Shown: positions 8,400-11,185 of the stretch, piece by piece
How the letters are laid out: each line of letters opens with the position of its first letter
How positions within the stretch are numbered: the stretch's first letter is position 1
NCBI GenBank assembly: GCA_038217285.1
Contig: JBBQPO010000206.1
Location: 1-11,185, forward strand
Reading direction: 5' to 3'
Length of the DNA stretch: 11,185 bases
DNA from: Chthonomonadales bacterium
GTDB taxonomy: Bacteria > Armatimonadota > Chthonomonadetes > Chthonomonadales > Chthonomonadaceae
Notes under the pieces: generated by a model
What the model was told of the DNA's origin: nothing
The model's database searches: none
What the model saw: only the letters and a program-made list of their open reading frames with translations
Translations under genes and position numbers: made by a program

Positions 8400-8524
8400 A
8401 GGTCATCTTCTTTCCGCTCATCGCGCTCGAGCCGACGCAGGGATCGGTCTATCATCAACAGGTAGGCGAAAATGCCCGCCCAGGTGATCAGTGTCACCGT
8501 CATTACGAAGCCGAGTGTCATCAT
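8396..8524 (-). CDS. ccmD: Small membrane protein CcmD (42 aa)
   Basis: Below the ORF-track cutoff; translated by hand as MMTLGFVMTVTLITWAGIFAYLLMIDRSLRRLERDERKEDDL. One transmembrane helix plus a charged tail. It fills the ccmC-ccmE gap exactly, with ATGA overlaps at both ends (8521-8524, 8396-8399). Start could be 8521. Confidence 0.9.
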   Translation of the reverse strand: MMTLGFVMTVTLITWAGIFAYLLMIDRSLRRLERDERKEDDL

Positions 8525-9276
8525 CCTCGTTTTCCTTCTACGTGCGTACGTAACTTATAGACGCGAAAGCGCAGTTGCGACATCCATATGTAGAGCATCG
8601 TAAACGCCAGAAACGACGAGTAAAGAACGATCTTATACGTGGTCGACAGGCGTTCTTGCTCAAACAGAACGTTTATGGGATGATTGGTGAACGCTACCAG
8701 GCGCGGAACGGCCCAGATAAGGTACTGAGCTGGCACCAGCGCGACGAGAGCATAGACGGCGGCGAGCTTCGCACGCTGTGTCGGGCGGGCAGCTAGGGCG
8801 GCTCTCAGTACTAGATACGATGCATAGAGCAGCAGCATTATCACAATCGAGATTTCGCGTGGATCCCAGTTCCAGTAGCTGTTCCACTGCATACCGGCGA
8901 AGATGCTGCCGGTGATCGTGGCCAGAATGCAGAAAAGGAAACCTAGCTCCATGGCGATCGCAGATTTCGCGTCGATCTCAGCGGCTTTTTCAGGCGCGAA
9001 CTGCTTGAACAAATAGACGCCTGCGAAGCAGGCCCCTACGAAATAGCATACCGACGAGAGGATAGCGCCCGGCACGTGAAAGAAGACGATTCGGGCGATG
9101 TCGCCGGTCTTTCCGAAGCCGACCGCTCCGCCCGCGATGAAGAACGCGCCGTAGATGACGAAACACATCACCAGACCCATGCCCCACTTCCACCAGGCGC
9201 CCTGCAGTGCAGGAACGGTTGTGCTGCGCGTCGTCGCGGCAGCAGTACCTTCTGTTCTACGCTCTGTCGTTGCCAT
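8521..9276 (-). CDS. ccmC: Heme exporter/handling protein CcmC
   Basis: Multi-pass membrane protein with RIVFFHVP, WWD domain TGSIFAGMQWNSYWNWDPRE and second His in TNHP; follows ccmB. Confidence 0.94.
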   Translation of the reverse strand: MATTERRTEGTAAATTRSTTVPALQGAWWKWGMGLVMCFVIYGAFFIAGGAVGFGKTGDIARIVFFHVPGAILSSVCYFVGACFAGVYLFKQFAPEKAAEIDAKSAIAMELGFLFCILATITGSIFAGMQWNSYWNWDPREISIVIMLLLYASYLVLRAALAARPTQRAKLAAVYALVALVPAQYLIWAVPRLVAFTNHPINVLFEQERLSTTYKIVLYSSFLAFTMLYIWMSQLRFRVYKLRTHVEGKRG

Positions 9277-9282
9277 TGAGCC

Positions 9283-10068
9283 TCACTCTTCCCAGATGAA
9301 ATGAAACAGCATCACGGACATGCTGATGATCAGAACCCCAAAACTGAACAACCCCCCGACGTCCTTTGCGACCCGCAGGGTGGGGGCGTCTACGATGTAA
9401 ATCGTTGAGGCCGCGTTTAGCAACAGCATCAGGAACACGAGCAGCAGCGGCAGCCCGAGCGCGCCGTAGAGGGCTCCGGTGCCCTGGGCCTTCGCGGCGA
9501 GCGCGCCGATGATCGTCGCGGTCGCCGCCAGTCCGATGCATCCGCTCACCATAACTAACAGAAATACGAACAGGGAGCCGACCGACATTCCCGTCATGGC
9601 CATATAGATCGGCGTGACCGTAATCATAATGACGAGCAGCACGATCAAATTGAAGAGCAGTTTCCCGGTGTAGACAGCTTCCGCGGACATCGACAGGCGA
9701 AGGGCCGTCACCGTGCCGGTCTCCTCTTCGTGTACGAACGAGTGCGCGAGGCCAGCGAACGCTGCAAAACAGAACAGAACCCAGAGCATCCCCATCTTGG
9801 AAGGCGCATCCCAGGCCGGATGCATCTTGTTGATGACATCTGCGACCGTGATGGGGTCTATAAGCCCGATGATCTTTACGGTCGGAACCTCTTTAAGTAC
9901 AGCGGTCGCCAGACCGAGCAGCAGCAGCGACGCGAACGTAAATACTCCTACGGCACTGACGGCTACTTTCGTCCGAAGTTCGGCCTTCAAGTCTTTCGCG
10001 AGGAGGGCGAGCGCCTGCTGCCACCACGAGATGCCGATTTCATGCGCGGAATTTGTGGCAGTCGTCAT
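9283..10068 (-). CDS. ccmB: Heme exporter protein CcmB
   Basis: LLAKDLKAELR N-terminus, SFVHEEETGTVTALRL, YTGKLLFN, LGLPLLL; about six hydrophobic segments. ATGA overlap with ccmA. Confidence 0.92.
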   Translation of the reverse strand: MTTATNSAHEIGISWWQQALALLAKDLKAELRTKVAVSAVGVFTFASLLLLGLATAVLKEVPTVKIIGLIDPITVADVINKMHPAWDAPSKMGMLWVLFCFAAFAGLAHSFVHEEETGTVTALRLSMSAEAVYTGKLLFNLIVLLVIMITVTPIYMAMTGMSVGSLFVFLLVMVSGCIGLAATATIIGALAAKAQGTGALYGALGLPLLLVFLMLLLNAASTIYIVDAPTLRVAKDVGGLFSFGVLIISMSVMLFHFIWEE

Positions 10069-10718
10069 GATCCCGTGTCAACTCGCACGGTCATGTCACC
10101 CCACTCCAGTTCGCGTGGCTCATTCGTCGCTAAAATCGTCAGCCCACCCCCGGCTCTCCTTCTCTGCGCGGCGATGACGGCTTCCACCATGGCGATGCCG
10201 TTGACATCCAGATTCGCGGTCGGCTCGTCCAATAAGAGGATCGGCGGCTGCGCCAGGAGCGCGAAGGCGTATTTCAGGCGCTGCCGCATTCCTGAAGAGT
10301 AGGTGGCGACAAGGTCGCGTCCGCGCCCGCGCAGACCTACCAGGGTCAAGCGGTCGATCAGGTCCTCTCGCGTGAGCGTCATGCCGCGCAGACGGGCGAA
10401 GAACTGTAGATTCTCCGCTGCGGTCAGCTCGCGGTAGAGTGTAAGGTCGGGCGAAACATAGCCCAGAAGGCGCCTGCGATCACCGGGTAACTGCGGCTCT
10501 CCCTGAATAGTGACCGAAACCGTCCCTTCGGATGCTTCGAGTAGGCCCGCTACTATCCGAAGGAGAGTGCTCTTCCCGGATCCATTGGGACCGGTTACGG
10601 TGCAGACCTGGCCTGCAGCCACCGCAAAGCCGATGCCGCTAAAGACGCGTCGAATTCCAAAGCGGTGTCCGACGTTTTCAAGATGGATGCTCAAGTCGGG
10701 TTGCACATGTGAATCCAT
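10065..10718 (-). CDS. ccmA: Heme ABC exporter ATP-binding protein CcmA
   Basis: Walker A GPNGSGKS, LYRELTAAENL, signature YSSGMRQR, Walker B LLLDEP; directly upstream of ccmB. I prefer the ATG at 10718 (GGAGAG about 12 nt upstream); the frame is open back to GTG at 10757. Confidence 0.9.
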   Translation of the reverse strand: MDSHVQPDLSIHLENVGHRFGIRRVFSGIGFAVAAGQVCTVTGPNGSGKSTLLRIVAGLLEASEGTVSVTIQGEPQLPGDRRRLLGYVSPDLTLYRELTAAENLQFFARLRGMTLTREDLIDRLTLVGLRGRGRDLVATYSSGMRQRLKYAFALLAQPPILLLDEPTANLDVNGIAMVEAVIAAQRRRAGGGLTILATNEPRELEWGDMTVRVDTGS

Positions 10719-10764
10719 AGGGTAGGCGGGCTCTCCGTGACACTCAGATAGATTCACGCGTCCG

Positions 10765-10807
10765 ATACGACTGTTTCTACCAGATGCGACAGAGTAGAAA
10801 CGCGTAT
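10765..10807. repeat. Inverted repeat / hairpin in the ccmA leader
   Basis: GTTTCTAC (10773-10780) is the reverse complement of GTAGAAAC (10794-10801). Outer arms ATACG (10765-10769) and CGTAT (10803-10807) extend the stem. Confidence 0.6.
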
Positions 10808-10843
10808 GTTTCGCCTCTTTTCTCCCTTCGAGAACAGTAGTTG

Positions 10844-10852
10844 ATTATACCA
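10844..10852 (-). promoter_or_regulatory. Extended -10 sigma70-type promoter for the ccm operon
   Basis: Minus strand reads TG-G-TATAAT, a perfect TGn plus -10 consensus, about 90-130 bp upstream of ccmA. No good -35, which is typical of extended -10 promoters. Confidence 0.7.
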
Positions 10853-10912
10853 TGTACCTTATAGGCTTCGCAGCAAACTTCGCTCTTGTTGAACGTCTGC
10901 TGCCAGAGTTCG

Positions 10913-10954
10913 TGTGACGAGGCATTCGTCGAATGCTCTCTCGGCGTCGTCACA
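10913..10954. repeat. Nested inverted repeat
   Basis: TGTGACGA (10913-10920) pairs with TCGTCACA (10947-10954) and encloses the palindrome GCATTCG-T-CGAATGC (10922-10936). Confidence 0.65.
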
Positions 10955-11054
10955 GGTCGTTCACCGTAAGATGCGGTCGGCGCCGTGGTTCAGCGTGAGA
11001 GCAGGCCAAAGAGGCGTATTTACCCGGCTGAGGCAAAATATGTTGAGATCGCCC

Positions 11055-11083
11055 TTGACAGATCGGGGTTCGTAGCGTATATT
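11055..11083 (+). promoter_or_regulatory. Strong sigma70 promoter pointing out of the window (possibly P1 of an rRNA/stable-RNA operon)
   Basis: TTGACA (11055-11060), 17-bp spacer, TATATT (11078-11083). AT-rich AAAATATGTT lies upstream and GC-rich sequence follows. Confidence 0.8.
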
Positions 11084-11180
11084 ATAGAGCCCCGAGACGA
11101 GGAGCCCGAAACGAGCCGGAAACGGCGGAGTTCGGAGCGCAGGAGAGAGCGGTTTTTCGAAACTTCTCCTTCTTTACTCC

Positions 11181-11185
11181 TTGAC
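11181..11185 (+). promoter_or_regulatory. Possible -35 box of a second, tandem promoter, cut off by the window end
   Basis: CCTTGAC repeats the context of the first -35 (CCTTGACA) 126 bp downstream. The -10 would lie outside the window. Confidence 0.35.

Noticed and set aside
10741..10800. Resemblance to a purine riboswitch (CACTCA...GTTTCTACC...CGAC)
   Set aside because: Lacks the AUAUGG and CCGUAAA kissing loops and proper P2/P3 stems, lies on the strand opposite the operon, and is far from the nucleoside genes. A cmscan against the Purine model would settle it.
10913..10954. CRP/FNR-like site TGTGA...TCACA
   Set aside because: The half-sites are 32 bp apart rather than 6.
11087..11185. 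tRNA, SRP RNA, tmRNA, RNase P RNA or CRISPR repeats after the strong promoter
   Set aside because: No cloverleaf, no SRP helix-8 motif, no RNase P GGAAAGTCC, no tmRNA 5' end, and the repeats are about 11 nt with no spacers.

Overview
Almost the whole window is a single run of minus-strand genes from a GC-rich bacterium. In transcription order they are a cytochrome c maturation cluster ccmA-ccmB-ccmC-ccmD-ccmE-ccmF, an adenosine-deaminase-family amidohydrolase only 10 bp after ccmF, and a four-gene BMP/PnrA-type nucleoside ABC importer (lipoprotein, two-domain ATPase, two permeases; the last is cut off at base 1). The ccm cluster is the variant System I* type: CcmE has CPSKY instead of HxxxY, and no ccmG/ccmH is present in the window. 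Two real genes are missing from the supplied ORF track: a 42-aa CcmD (8396-8524) and the partial second permease (1-441). The right end is a divergent regulatory region with an extended -10 promoter for ccmA, several inverted repeats, and a near-consensus sigma70 promoter pointing out of the window. A second TTGAC lies 126 bp downstream of that promoter, as in tandem rRNA/stable-RNA promoters. I see no mobile element, CRISPR array or defence system, and no clearly new system. The best leads are the ccm-deaminase coupling, the deaminase's altered substrate-contact residues, non-canonical Ccm residues and domains, a LacI-type operator before the transporter, and the structured non-coding end.
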